This document shows, piece after piece, positions 1-12,769 of a stretch of DNA of 64,000 nucleotides. Position 1 is the first letter of the stretch, and the number at the start of each line of letters is the position of its first letter. The notes beneath the pieces were generated by a model. That model saw nothing but the letters and a program-made list of their open reading frames with translations. It was not told the origin of the DNA and did not search any database. Origin of the DNA: an uncultured Candidatus Peribacteria bacterium (lineage in GTDB: Bacteria > Patescibacteriota > Gracilibacteria > Absconditabacterales > Absconditicoccaceae); the NCBI GenBank assembly GCA_964458335.1, contig CAYWIJ010000002.1, positions 26,379-90,378 on the forward strand. Direction: 5' to 3'. The position numbers were made by a program, and so were the translations under genes.

Positions 1-103
1 ATATTACTTAGATGGATTAAATACCTAAAAAACTCTGTAAAAACTTGCAAAAAATACTTTTCTGACTATACTTTGAGAGATTATTTTAGATTGTTTGTGT
101 ACA

Positions 104-3100
104 ATGGCAAAAAAATCTACGAGCAATACTCCAGAAAAAGAAAATCTACATCAACAGACAAAAAAGCATGGAGATAATGTATATACTCATGAGATTGCTG
201 ATGCTTTTTCCAAAAAAATGGAAACAAATGATAAGAAATATTTTTCTTGATCTAAAGAACAGATTGTGCAAGATTTCGAAAAATTTGTAGAACAAGAATA
301 CGGTAATCATATCTTACAAGCACTCAAAGATGGTAAAATTACAGGAGAACCTCTCGACATAGAGATGAATGCTATAGTAGATAAATGATTTACCTTATCT
401 GATTTTTTTGATACAAAGAAGTGAGAAGTGATACAGAATAATTTTTCTCGTACGGTTAAAGAACAAGATGCTATGGAGCAGTGACTTTTAGAATTATATC
501 GTGAATGGGATAATCTACCAAACACTACTAAGAATAAACTGAAGTTCGATGATTTTATCCATGTACAAGGATATAGAAAAATAACAGATCCTTCTGGTAA
601 GGTAAGATCCATTACTCCATGACATAATCCTATTTCTCATAATGTACAAACCTTACAAACAGCTTGGAAAGAATATGTTCGTGGTGTTACTAATGATACA
701 GATGAACGTAATGATTATAGTGCATTGCTTGATTTCAAACATTTCGATCCAACGGAGAAAATTGTAGCAGTGAGTGCTGTCCGTGAGTTGTATGAAAACA
801 TCACAAGGAAGACAAAATGACAACAGCGTCAAGATCTTCTTGCTTTGGCTGATAGTATTTTTGATCAGAAAAATCCTATTCCGTCAGATACGACATGGAC
901 GACAATGATAGGTTTGTCTGTGGCCATGAAAGATTTTTTCCAACAAGCAGGATCATTAGCTGATGCAGATCAGTTAAAATCGTTACAAAATATGAGATTG
1001 ACACTCAAAGACTGTGTGAAAAATGCTGAAGACAACAAACTTCTTGCAGAATGAACGCTCGATAAACAACTTTTAAATAGAAAATATTCTGATCTCAATC
1101 GTCAGTTCCAGAATATGGCAAATAGTTTTGTACAAGCTGATTTGATCAACAATATCGATGAAATTGTGGATGAGGTAGATGAAGAAATTGATGAATATGC
1201 GAAAATTTTCGATGTACCAGGTAATATGGCAAAGTTTTTTGAACAATTTTGAACTCCTTCACAACTGACAAATACTTATACTGACCAAAACTATATAAAA
1301 CTCAAGAGAAAAGAACATGAGCTCAGAGAATTGCTAGCAAAATCAGGATTATCGCAATCTGATAAAGAAACCTATAAGGCAGAACTCGTCCAAGTACAAG
1401 GTCAGATCAATAAGCACAAATCTACTCAACAAGTTTTTACGTGGGATGATTATTTTGATCATATTGCCAATCAAATCGATACAGCGAATATTCAGACAGG
1501 AGTATCGATTTTATGAACTGATGTGAAATCTATACTGCAGACATTGAGAGATAATAATTGGGATATCGCTACATTATGATCTGCACAGAATACACTTATG
1601 AAAGCATCTATTGCTCTCCAACTCCTAAAAGTTAAAGATAAACATTCTTTTCAAACTCTCTGATATAGTTTCCAGTCGTATGCACAATTTGTATCATCAT
1701 TGTATGATTTAGAGTCAAAACAAACTATGATTCTGACACAAGATCACGTTCCGATCACTTTGAATTTCACGAGTAAGAAATTTGTAGGTAAACCCTTAGA
1801 ATTTCATAATATTGATGTAAGTGATATTTCATCATTGTCCAATATTCGTGTAGAGTTTGAATTAGACTTGACTGACAATCAGAATGCAGAAAATTTTATT
1901 CGTACGATGACAGGTGGTCCGAATAGTCAACTTGTTCAAGACTTCTTCCCAGAAAAATCAGGATTTCCAGATACGATGACTGATAGTTCATTTGTAGAGA
2001 TGGTGGACAAAGATGGCGTCCGTTATGAATGATACCTGTCTCCTACAGATTTTGTGATGACTGATCAGACTGATGGTATCTATGGAAATGATCCTCAGAC
2101 AGCAGCTAAAACATTTATTCTCTATAGTAAACCAGCCGATCAGCTTCATGTGAATAGAGATTTTGTGACACAAGAAGATGATTCTAATCAGAAAATTTTG
2201 ACTGAATCTGGTAAAGAAAAACCAGTGTATATCAATATTAGTAATCTTCAAGATTGGAAATCGATAGAGATTAAAGATAAAAAAGTTACCTTATCTGACT
2301 GGCAGTTGAAAGCTCTGACACTAGGTCATATGGTGGCTCAGTCACTCAATGCAGATCAGTTGTTAGATCACACTAACCAATCAGTACAACAAATTATTGC
2401 ACAACAAGATGATACTGTAGCTAAAGAATTACAGGAGAATACTCGTGACCTCTGATCTGAATCTCCAGAACAAGCAGAGGCTTTACATGAGTGACTTTCT
2501 ACTGATCAGGAGTTTAATCAGTCTTGGAAATCTCTTTTGTGATGAGATCATCCTTGTGAAGTAGGAAGCCGTATAGCAGTTAAATTCCCTAAATCCATCG
2601 ATGGTAAAAAAACTATAAGGACTTTCCCTGATAGTGAACAACTCTTAAGTATGATGGTAAAGGATCTAAAAAAAGATGAACATGGTAAGGTGATAGGGGC
2701 TACTTTCTGATTTGATACTCTTTCTCGTGTGGGAACATGTACCCTCAAAGATATTACTTTAACAGGGAAACAATTGGATAAAATAAATGATGTATTTTGA
2801 TGATGAGCTACTTATATTGATAATATCAAAAAAGATCCTCAAGATTATAAAACAGTACTATGAAGATTGGAAAATGCTTTTTCAGATTGAGTAAGAAAAA
2901 AATCTTATGCTTGGGATGTTTTGAAACCATTAGACTTTAATGGAAAAGAATTTTTGAAAGATGATAAGAAAGTAACAACATTTGTCTCAACACAAAAAAC
3001 TGCAAATGCTGATGATAAGACTAATAAAGCAGTGTTTGATGTAGAATATCAGATTGAAAGCGTATGATCCAATAAATATCGTATTACATCGACTCCTTAT

Positions 3101-5695
3101 CAGTCAGAAATGGCAGATAAAGATGGTAAATCAAAAACAGCGAATATTGCATTTGATACAACGACAGATCTTGCTGGTATGTTATTGATTTTATCTACTA
3201 AAAAACTTGTACCTTTTAATGAACAAGAATATGTTGATTATAAAAAGAAAGATGGACTATCTTCAGATACTGTTCCACAGGTGAAAAGAAAATGGCATTC
3301 TCTCTCTACATGGCGATCTGTATTATCAGGAAAAGGGAAGGATATTATTGATGGAATTAAAAAGAAATTTAAAGAAAATGAAGAAGAATCGTTGAAATAT
3401 GCCCTATTTACAGAGTGAAGACTCATGCGTAGAGTTGCGAATGGTTGGTTGTGAAAAGTTCTCGATGGATTTGATCTGAATGTGTTGAATGAGATGGCGT
3501 GAGAGATTGAGATTGAATGACAAAATTTTTGATGGAAGAAGATAGAAGGAGTATTTAAATTTTTGGATAGCTTCCATGCTGCAAATAATGCATATGGGCC
3601 ACCTGGTATGTGAATGGTAGAAGGTATAGTGACATGAGCAGTACAAAAGTATAATAGTTGATCTCTGGGGATGAAAGATAGACGAAAAGTAGCTGGAGCA
3701 TTACTATATAGTATTGATAAAATGAAATCATGATATGCAAAAAATTTATCTAAGTATCCAGCTGGTACTTATGTAAAAATATTGTTTGGAGAACAGTATT
3801 ATCATCATTATATGCGTCACTATAAAAATTTAGAATTAGAAGCAAAAGAAAACAGTGATGCAGGAAGAGCTGCACAAGAGCGTCTCAATATGTTGGAATA
3901 TAATTTTATTGTAGCTAATGTAAGAGGAGGTGATGTATTAGAAAAAAACGAACCTTATGTTGTTCAAGATAGTACTAATCCTATTTTCTATTTTCAAAAT
4001 TTATATTCAAGAAAGTTTGGTAATGAATTATGAAATCGTCTTTGAGAATTAAAATCTTTTGAAGTAAACTCAAAAAGCAAAGATGTTAAAGATCTGATAG
4101 ATACGAATAATTTTGATCATGTCTATAATGAATGTAGAGATCATATGTTTGATGTAAGGGTGAAAGATTGTCTCAATGAATTGATTGCACTCCAATATAT
4201 GGCAAAAGATGCAGAGCAAGCAGATAAAGTATCACAACTTTTTATGTCAGGTATTTTAAGTGGAGTATTTGTTAATAATCTTTCAAAATCTAATAAAACT
4301 GATCTCAAAAAATTGATGTTCCAAGCAGGTATTCCTTATGCAGGTTTGATAGAAAAGTATGATGGTCCAGCTAAAATTCAAAAATTGCTCATCTTAGCAA
4401 CAGGTACTACGTCAGGAGATTTTTCACACTTTACCTATGGAAATAATAAAAATTCATACAATCCAAATGATTTCAAATCTTCTGTAGGAAATCAAGATAA
4501 AAAGTGATTAATATTATCATTTGAACAATGGTTTAAAGATCATAGAGATCAAATTATTCCTTTCCTTCATATGGATCCTGATAACATGAAAACCAAGGAT
4601 AACATGATACGTATTTGGAAATCCAAAGAGTCAGATATTGAAGTTTTTGGGAAAAAAGTAGATCCTGACACAAAAAAATTGGTTGATGATGTTATGAAGG
4701 ACTTTTATTATAATACAGGATGAAGACAAATTACTCTTGATGATCTTAATTATGGTAGTGATCTTGTCCATACAGCGAGTATGATAGAACAGACATTCCC
4801 TGTGATCAATCAATATGAAGAAGGAAAACGAAAAAATGACAATAAAGATCATGCTGAGCTTCTTTGGTCAAATATTACTAAAAATGTACCAAGTGGGAAA
4901 GAGACTTTTGATAATAGATATCTCCTTGCTCATAATATTAATAACTTTTTTAGATATTTTGATGGAATTGGTGATATTCATTATAGTAGATGAGCTATAG
5001 AACTTTTTTATAGAAATATGCGTCTGGCACAAGAACAAACGAACCCAAAGGATAGAACACGCTTGATATGGTTCTATCTGACAGATTTGCTCTATGGGAA
5101 AGGACGTGTTCCAAAAGAAGTTGATGAATGAGCATTTAAAAAATATATGGAGTATTTTGAAACTAATCTTGATAATTTTGACGCTAAACTCTGAAAGGAG
5201 CATACTATTCCATCAGGAGAAGGAGATTTTGAAGATGTCTTTACGGATTCTGGCGCTGGAATTACCTATATTCCAGAAAAAAAATGGAGAGAAATTACTA
5301 TTCAGTGACAGCAAAATCAATATTCAAAATGGGCGAGAGCAAATGATACAACCTTACTCAATCTCAAGATGACGAAAGATAATGAGACAAAAAGAATATG
5401 AGGAGGTAATCTCTATGGAAATAATTTTAGTAGATCAATTGGAAAATCTGTTGATGATAAGATAGAGGAGTTGAGAACATGAAAAATCTCTACTATTAGT
5501 AGTGAGAAAGAGCTGATAAGAACTAACCCTATCGATACTAATAATAGAAATAATATAGATTTAGATTCTATTGTTACACCACAAAAATCACCTACTCCAA
5601 TCTTTCTCAATAAGAAAAAATGATGAAAAGATAATGCTTCTTCATATGATGATGTTTTGGAAAATCTGAGAGATGATTTATGAATTGCTGCCTAA
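104..5695 (+). CDS. giant hypothetical protein (1863 aa under code 25)
   Basis: One reading frame from ATG 104 to TAA 5693-5695. Hand scan shows only TGA interrupts it. It joins track ORFs 845-, 1331-, 1700-, 2054-, 3110-, 3782-, 4145- and 4781-. No signal peptide, TM segment or domain recognised. Confidence 0.75.
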
Positions 5696-7164
5696 GTATT
5701 CATCTGATATGCGAAATATTCTTCTTTGGTCATAAAAGAAATTTCAAGAGAAGCTATAGTCTGACCGCTTTTAGCAGTAAGAGCTGAACAGATACTATCC
5801 TTGATCTCTTTTTTATTGAAAGTCATCTTTGCAAGAGGATTCGTGATAATGAGTTTTGCGACTCAATCCTCGATACTGACTAATTCTGACTGTCAGGAAA
5901 GAAGTTTTTGTAATGATGGAGAGAGGAAGGAAATGGCGTCGATGAGGATGGTTACTAGTTCCTGGTTCTTAGTTTGTCATTCCAAGGAACGAGGAATCTC
6001 TGATTTATCTTTGGCTATACTATTGAGAGATTCTTCACTTCACTGTGTTGCATTCAGAATGACAGTTCATTGATTGTGGATTGCTTCATTTTCCCCCCCA
6101 AGAGGTCCTCAAATGACTGGTGACTTATTAGATTCTTCACTTTTCATTCTTCATTTTTCATTATACAGAAGTGTTTTGTAAAGTAGTAATGGATGTGGAT
6201 ACCATTTTGCTTGACTGAGGAGTTGTGAAGAGAGTTCGCTGATCTGACTATAGAGTGTTCTATTTTCATTAAAATGGCGATCAGCATAACTCATGAGTTG
6301 CTTAGGTAAGAGAGTCAGATCTACTCCTTGTGTTCCTAATTCTTCTATTGATGATATAAGTGTATCAAAATCAGTAGAGTGTTGGCTTTGAAGATATATT
6401 TCATAATGCTTGATAATATTGACAATACTCGCATCTGATACGACACCGAGAAACTGTGCGACATTACTTTCGTTTACTTCTCCCATGACAGAAATCTGAT
6501 CAAGATATTTCACTGCATCTCTCATACATCCATCAGAAAGATCAGCAATCATAGATAAACCCTGATCATCTTTGGTGATATTTTCCGTATTAGCAATATA
6601 ATCGAGACGACCTATGATGAGTGGTGATGGAATTTTCTTAAAATTGAATATCTGACAACGAGACACGATTGTATCAGGAACTTTGGTCAATTCTGTCGTT
6701 GCGAGGATAAAGACCATCCATTCTGTTGGCTCTTCCATAGTTTTAAGAAGTGCATTGAACGCACCTCTACTGAGCATATGGACTTCATCAATAATAGTAA
6801 TTCTCTTCTTGAGCATACTCGGACGATACATGAGTTTGTCGATAATCTCTTCTCTGATATTATCTACTCAGGTATGAGAAGCCGCATCGATTTCCATGAT
6901 ATCCATGGTTGTACCTTTACTGATTGCGACACAATTTTCACATTCATTACAAGGATTTCCGTCCGTCGCGGTCAGACAGTTTATTGCTTTTGCAAAAAGT
7001 CTTGCTGTAGAAGTTTTCCCTGTTCCTCTGGGTCAGAAAAAAAGGTAATTTGCCTGACGAGTATGATGTGCAACCTGATATTTGAGGATATGAGAGATAT
7101 GATCTTGACCTACGAGATCATCAAATGTTTTGGAACGGTATTTATTAGCAAGTGATTGGGTCAT
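5692..7164 (-). CDS. dnaX: DNA polymerase III subunit gamma/tau
   Basis: N-terminus [30 protein letters not shown], where the first Walker-A Gly is TGA at 7033-7035. Also DEVHMLS and VSRCQ motifs. Extends track ORF 6151..6831 in both directions through TGA codons. True stop is TAG 5692-5694, overlapping the convergent giant-ORF stop. Confidence 0.9.
5976..6063. repeat. palindromic REP/RPE-like element inside dnaX, read in frame
   Basis: gtcattccaaggaacgaggaatctc...gagattcttcacttcactgtgttgcattcagaatgac. Terminal inverted arms are gtcattc/gaatgac and gaggaatctc/gagattc. Translated in frame as ..[30 protein letters not shown].. in the DnaX C-terminal region. Confidence 0.7.
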
Positions 7165-7311
7165 TAGTAAGTTGGGGAGTTAGTAAATTGGTAAATGAGC
7201 GAGCGACATGGTCATGATGCGTCCATTAGGCTAAGGTGATATAGACAGAGATACTTCCTTCGTCAGGATAACGAGTCAATGAATAACTTTTAATTTTCAA
7301 TTTTTTATCTT

Positions 7312-8037
7312 TTATTCTTGATAGTTTGTGAGAGATCCACAAAGCTCTACATTCCCATTTCAAGCTCCTTGTCCTTGATATTCTACTCTTGTACAGAAGA
7401 GAAATTCTTTAGGACTATCATCTCAACAATTACCTCCATCATCGTCTCCATCATGACAGAGAATACTGTCTCCTCATTCAGTATTGGTATTTTTTTGATA
7501 AAGACCTTGAGGAATAATAGCTCTAAAATAGTATCATCCTGTAGGTCTTACTCCTATAAAATTATCATCTCCTATGAGATACGTTTCATCTAGGATATGG
7601 ACAGCATTAGCATTAAGAGATTCTGTTTGACCTATTTCTATTCAATGTCCTGGCAGTTGAATAGGTCATTCAGTATGACGAGGTAGTGAAAAAGATACTT
7701 CACCATCAGGATCATGTTGTAATATATAATACATTCCATTGGTATCAGTTGTAAACCAGCCGTCTCAACAGTCTGAGTTTGTACATAGCCAGTGTTTATC
7801 TTTTTCAGAAGACCATTTGAGCCAGTTGGTGTTTCTACGAGTATACATAGATTCCATACCTTCTCTTGAAAGATTGATCGCAATAGTTTCTTGTCTAATT
7901 TTGTTGACATGTCAGTTTGAGGCGCTGATCATCCCTACAACAGAAGCTATTACAAGAGAAATGATAAAAATCGCGATGAGGAGTTCTATGATGGTGAATC
8001 ATTGTTTTCATCAAGCAGTGGAATGAGGTAGTAGCAT
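7312..8037 (-). CDS. type IV pilin-like protein (prepilin N-terminal methylation domain)
   Basis: MLLPHSTAGGKQG|FTIIELLIAIFIISLVIASVV: short leader ending in Gly, then the F-T-x-x-E-L hydrophobic helix. 241 aa with many in-frame TGA. The frame was hand-scanned with no TAA/TAG. Stop is TAA 7312-7314. Confidence 0.8.
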
Positions 8038-8150
8038 AGATAAAGGTAGAATTTGATAAAAATTCTCTTGTAAAGATATGATAATCAATTATAGTATAGT
8101 AAATCAATCTATGATATCAAACAAATATTTATCTAATTTGATGACAAAAA

Positions 8151-8741
8151 ATGGATACCGTTGCACTAGAGTATGGATTTCTAGGAATTATCATTTTGAT
8201 GATATTTTTTGCATTTCTGATTGGAATTCATAAGATGCTACAAGTGATTGTAGCTACAACCTGTACTACTCTGATTACCTTATGATGGTCAGGATCTCTA
8301 TCGTTTCTTTCTTATAGTATTGCTCAGCAAGGAACATTAGCAATATTTGGATTCTGACCCAGTGATATTATTGCATTTATTAGTAGCGCTGAAACTACGA
8401 CGAGTATAGTTATATTTGTGTGATTACTGGTCTATGCCATACAGTATGCGACTTCTTCTGTAACGATGACTTCTCGAATTTTACAATCTAAACTTATCCA
8501 GTTTCTTCTTTCACCACTTGCTATTTTTAGTATGATTATCGCTTTAACGGTTGCAGTATTGGGTATTAATATTTTTTCTCTTTCTTTCTTGAGTTCTGTA
8601 TTAACTAATTTTGGAGAACAGAGTATTATTTACAAATATATTCAATATCTCCCTTTAGGTATTCTTTTACAATGATTGATTACCTTATTCCTTGTCTTCC
8701 AGAAAGAGAAAAAAGTAGAAGTGTCGTATGATGATTTATAG
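8151..8741 (+). CDS. multi-pass membrane protein, unknown family
   Basis: ATG 8151 to TAG 8739-8741 with 4 in-frame TGA. Has several hydrophobic segments (FLGIIILMIFFAFLIGI, LAIFSMIIALTVAVLGINIF). Extends track ORF 8466..8675. Confidence 0.6.
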
Positions 8742-8817
8742 AGTTGAGAGTGTACAGTTTAAAGTGGAAAGTTGTTAGATATTGATTGGTTGTTGGGTAA
8801 AAAAAATTATTAATTTT

Positions 8818-8904
8818 AAAAAAAAACTATCACGGTGTACATTCTGCATTTGACGATGGATTGCGTCCTCCATTCTATGACTGATGTATGTGATAGTTTT
8901 TTTT
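8818..8904. terminator. long A-tract/stem/T-tract hairpin between convergent genes (bidirectional terminator or small RNA)
   Basis: aaaaaaaactatcac (8818-8833) is the exact reverse complement of gtgatagtttttttt (8890-8904). The inner pairs tacat/atgta and atgga/tccat extend the fold. Confidence 0.5.
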
Positions 8905-9020
8905 GGATATTTTGAGAATATAGCTACTACGACAAGGTTCCTCCTCTCGTATCTGGAGTTAGAGGTCACTTCGTTATACTGTGGCCGAAATGATATGCAC
9001 CACTGTAATTTTTCACTCCT

Positions 9021-9617
9021 CTATACTCCTGATTTAATAATCGCTTCTAGCGCCGCATAACTTCCTTTTCATTCTTTGTTTATGGTGATGTAGACTTCAT
9101 CGCCTGGTAATCCTTTGAAGAATGAAACAGCTGCTGTATTGAGATTGTATGTTTGTTTGTCACTTGAGATTGCTAGGAATTTGCTAGGATCTTTTTCATC
9201 TTTTGTTAAAACAGCTCTTACATGTTTTCTCTCTGCTGGTATGATAAGTTTGTAAATAAGTTCACCGTTTTCTTTAATAGTAACCTTCAATCTATCTCCT
9301 GGAATAAGTTTTGATTTTGATGAATAATTTACAGGTACTGGATATTTTTTCAAATCATCTCCCACCATAAAATAACCATCAAATTCACCTTCAATCATAT
9401 TACCTTCTGGATCTTGTATTTTTGATTGATTTTCTTTATTAGCTTGAACAATAGCATCAAATGAATCAATATTGTCTTTTAGGGTAGCAAGAGTATTGAG
9501 TGTATTTTTTACTTTTTTGAGATCATTTTCAATATTCTCTATACTAAGAGCCAGTGCTTTGATAGTAATGGAAAGTTCTTCAACGTAATGGAGAGTTTCG
9601 GGATTAAGTTGTGTCAT
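9021..9617 (-). CDS. hypothetical protein (coiled-coil N-terminus)
   Basis: Track ORF 9069..9617 ends at TGA. Code 25 adds 16 codons (GKGSYAALEAIIKSGV) up to TAG 9021-9023. No family recognised. Confidence 0.65.
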
Positions 9618-9696
9618 TTAAGAATTTTGTTTAAGAAATAAATTACAATTTCATTGTACTTGTTTTTTTGAAAATTGCAAATTTTTTTGAAGATAA

Positions 9697-10497
9697 TTAA
9701 AGAGGATAGATAGTTTTTTGAGCGACAAAACAGATGTTTCTGGCACGGAAGATGTTGTGATGAAAGTCACCGTTTTGGCTACTATACGACCGTTGAACAA
9801 GTTGTAAGTTATGTTTTGTCAGGATTTTTTTTATTTCGTAATAGGTATGGATATGATATAGTCTTTTATGTGTTTTTCCTTGATCAGTAAATGGTATCAT
9901 CAGATTATTCCATTTTCGGTATCAGAAAGTAGTGATTGATTTTTTGAGAGATTGCAAGAGAGGTTTATAATGCTTATTTATCATCCACCATGACCATGAC
10001 CAATCAACAGAAATCCATTGTCCTTTATATCATAAGGTACGATATACTTGTTGGAGATACTGATTTCTTGTTTCTTGATCAGGAAGATGTTGATAAGAGG
10101 CCATTGTAATGATAATATCAATAGATTCTGATGGTTGTGTATCTAAATAATGAATCATATCATCTTCTCTTCGATGGTGATCTTTATTGGTAGGAGATTG
10201 CTGTTCTGCTATTGTTAATAATCAGGAGGAAATATCTACTCAAGTATACGAAGCAATGCAATCAGGATATTGAGACACAAGAGTACGATAGAGACGTCCA
10301 TCACCACATCCTAATTCTACAATATGAAGAGGTTTATTAAGGTTTTGAGATAATAGAGTAATATATTGTATAACATATTCTAATTCTGGTCGTTTTTTTT
10401 TACGTGTTGAGGAAAATTTATGAGAATGATTATTATAGCATTCGCGAAGATCTGATAGAGTTTTGAGTGATAAAGCTGTTGAATTCATAAGTATCAT
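9697..10497 (-). CDS. class I SAM-dependent methyltransferase
   Basis: VELGCGDGR motif I. Joins track ORFs 10240..10548 and 9697..9900 through TGA codons, and the frame was hand-scanned. The start could be ATG 10497 or 10488. Stop is TAA 9697-9699. Confidence 0.8.
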
Positions 10498-10585
10498 TAT
10501 AGTAATTTTTGTTGGTAATACAATATTTTTATAAAAAAACTCTTCCAAAGAATATGAAAGAGTTATGTGTTATAATATATTATTT

Positions 10586-11554
10586 CTATTGCTTTACAGT
10601 CGCTACTATAGGTTCTTTTTTTGATGATATTACCTCTGTTTTCTCTTTTGATTTTTCATTTTTTTTCTTTTCTTTTTCAATTTTTTTAGCTTGTTTTTTA
10701 GCTACCTTTTTAGCTTGTTTTCTTTCAATTTTTAATCTATATCTTTCTCTTTCTTCTTCACTTGTTCTTTGGGCAAGATCAGCTTTTGCTTTGAGATAGG
10801 CAGTTTCTTGGTCGGGAGAGAGTTGCGGCCATTTGAGATCCATATCTTCGAATACTTTGAGAAGTACTTTAGAGACTTGATAGAGTTTATACCAGTTCTG
10901 ATCGGATGGTATGATATGCCATTCTGGTCTATCACATTTCTCAAAAATACTTTCATATACTTTCATATATTCATCAAATTCATTACGAGTATCCCAATCT
11001 CAAATATTATGTTTCCAATATTTTGTTGGGTCTGTTAATCTTTCATTGAGTTTTTCTTTTTGTTTATCCTTTGAGATATGGAGATAGAATTTTACAATAA
11101 CAGTACCGCTTTCTTGTAAAAGTTCTTCAAATTCATTGATTTGATTATATCTTTGATGAACAATTTTTTTGTCAAATGTTTTTTGAACTGTAGGGACAAG
11201 AATATCTTCATAGTAAGAACGATTAAATATCCTCACTTCTCCAACTGCTGGTGTTTGTTTATGGATTCTCCAAAGAAAATCATGAGATGCTTCTTCTTTT
11301 GTGGGTACTCTAAAAGAAGTTGCTCTTGTTCCTAGTGGATTCATACCAGAGAAAATATGTTTTACAACACCATCTTTACCAGCAGCATCAAGTCCTTGTA
11401 ATACAATAAGTAATGATTTCTCACCTTCAGCGTACATCTTATATTGATAAGCTTGAATTTTTTGTATCATTTCTTGAGTTCTTTTAATGATTTTAGCTTT
11501 ATTGGAATTGTGAGGAGCAATTGTAGAAATGGTATGAAGTTGAATTTTTGACAT
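10586..11554 (-). CDS. ppk2: polyphosphate kinase 2 family (polyP:NMP/NDP phosphotransferase)
   Basis: LLIVLQGLDAAGKDG, FRVPTKEE, IFNRSYYEDIL and HNIGDWD (G = TGA) join track ORFs 11000..11602 and 10586..10966. Lys/Glu-rich tail. Stop is TAG 10586-10588. The start was taken at MSKIQL. Confidence 0.85.
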
Positions 11555-11604
11555 GTGTGTGTGTGGGTTAATAAGAATAAATGAGATATGTGAGAGTATC
11601 ACTA

Positions 11605-12552
11605 TTATGCAGGAGTAACTTCTTGCTTTTGTATGACTTTTTGTGTTACAGAAGTCTGAGAAGGAGTTTTTCTGATTATTTTTGGTTGTTTGATATCTGA
11701 AATAATGTTTTCTTTAATACTTCCAAGTTTAGTAGCAGTTTTAGTATGGACTTTATGTAAAGGTTTATTTGCTTTATCAATAAATCTCATAGTAGATTGA
11801 AATCTTTTTGTATCAGAAATATTACCTGTATAAAGCATACCGAGACAATATTTACTACATCACTTTGCTTCTTTGTATCCTAATTTTTCAATCATCTCAT
11901 GGCTTTTTGATTTTTTATGACTTGATTTTGTTTCAATAATAGCTACTGGACCAAACTTGAAATATTCAGCATTGTGTTTTGTAATATCTTGTGCTTGTAC
12001 ATCAAAATCAATAGTAATTCTTTCATCATTCTTTTTACTACAAAGTGTCACTCTTTTGTAGAGTGTACGAAGAGTAGGTTGAAGTTGTTCATGAGCATAA
12101 TCTAGATTTAAACTAGTGCAAATATTTTCATAAAATGCTGCACTTTGGTTAGTAAGAACTTTAGACTCAGTAACAGGAAGACCATATCTTGATTTACGAA
12201 TTACATCTCCCTCTCTTTGTTTACATTCAAAGAATGCAATATTACTATCTACATATTCTCTCGATCTTACTTTCATTCTATTTTTTTCTCCTCTTTCGTG
12301 TTGATGGAAGAAAAGAAAATCTTTGGTATCCATATAGATATTATCATAGGTAAACAGTGAATTTCCTTTAATAGCAAGAACATAATAATCTTTATGAAGT
12401 TGATGCATAACTTTACCAAGATCTTCAAGAGAGATGATATATTTTTTTTCGATTCTTTCCATGAGAGACATGGTTGCATTGAGTTCTTCAAGAGAAATAG
12501 TATCGAAATCTTTTAAAGCATCAAAAAGTTTTGTATTTGTTTGGAGAGTCAT
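11605..12552 (-). CDS. VTC-domain (polyphosphate polymerase-like) protein
   Basis: Track ORFs 11860..12621 and 11605..11838 are in the same frame, separated only by TGA (..GYKEAKGCSKYCLGMLYTG..). VTC-like features are KKYIISL.., FFECKQREGD and ETKSS. The start was taken at MTLQTN (12552). Confidence 0.8.
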
Positions 12553-12769
12553 TGTGTAATATAAAATGAATAATATAAAACGAGTAACACAATAATAGTA
12601 TATGATATAGGAAAAAAACAAAAAAAATCTATCATATTAATAGATAATAAGAGATGATATTTGTAAAATATAATAAAATATTATTGACAAAATATATTTT
12701 ATATTCACAATAGACTTATTGAGTAGTAAGAAATATCAAAAATACTATTTTTGAATATATATGCATATA

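Noticed and set aside
1-28. A possible 3' end of an upstream plus-strand gene (..YYLDGLNT, stop TAA 26-28).
   Set aside because: It is too short to evaluate and has no supporting motif.
5795-5815. An A-run (aataaaaaagag on the coding strand) in dnaX as a gamma/tau -1 frameshift site.
   Set aside because: The heptamer is not a perfect X_XXY_YYZ slippery site. It also lies only about 37 codons from the stop, so a shift would barely shorten the protein.
5801-6073. The plus-strand track ORF 5801..6073, and many other antisense or overlapping track ORFs (for example 307..612, 1988..2251, 6778..7155, 10509..10799, 24066..24332, 26811..27251, 28137..28526 and 48520..48852).
   Set aside because: They lie antisense to, or out of frame within, long conserved code-25 genes. 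They have low-complexity or repeat-derived sequences, so they are shadow ORFs.
7165-7311. Possible SRP RNA (ffs), because ffs commonly sits just upstream of dnaX and the minus strand contains ..cctgacgaaggaagta..
   Set aside because: I could not build the conserved helix-8 GNRA tetraloop and AGCA symmetric loop, or a closing 5'/3' helix. The resemblance is limited to a few bases. A covariance-model scan would settle it.
11605-11838. The track ORF 11605..11838 as an independent 77-aa gene.
   Set aside because: It is in frame with the VTC-domain ORF upstream and separated from it only by one TGA (..KEAKGCSKYCLGM..), so it is that protein's C-terminus.
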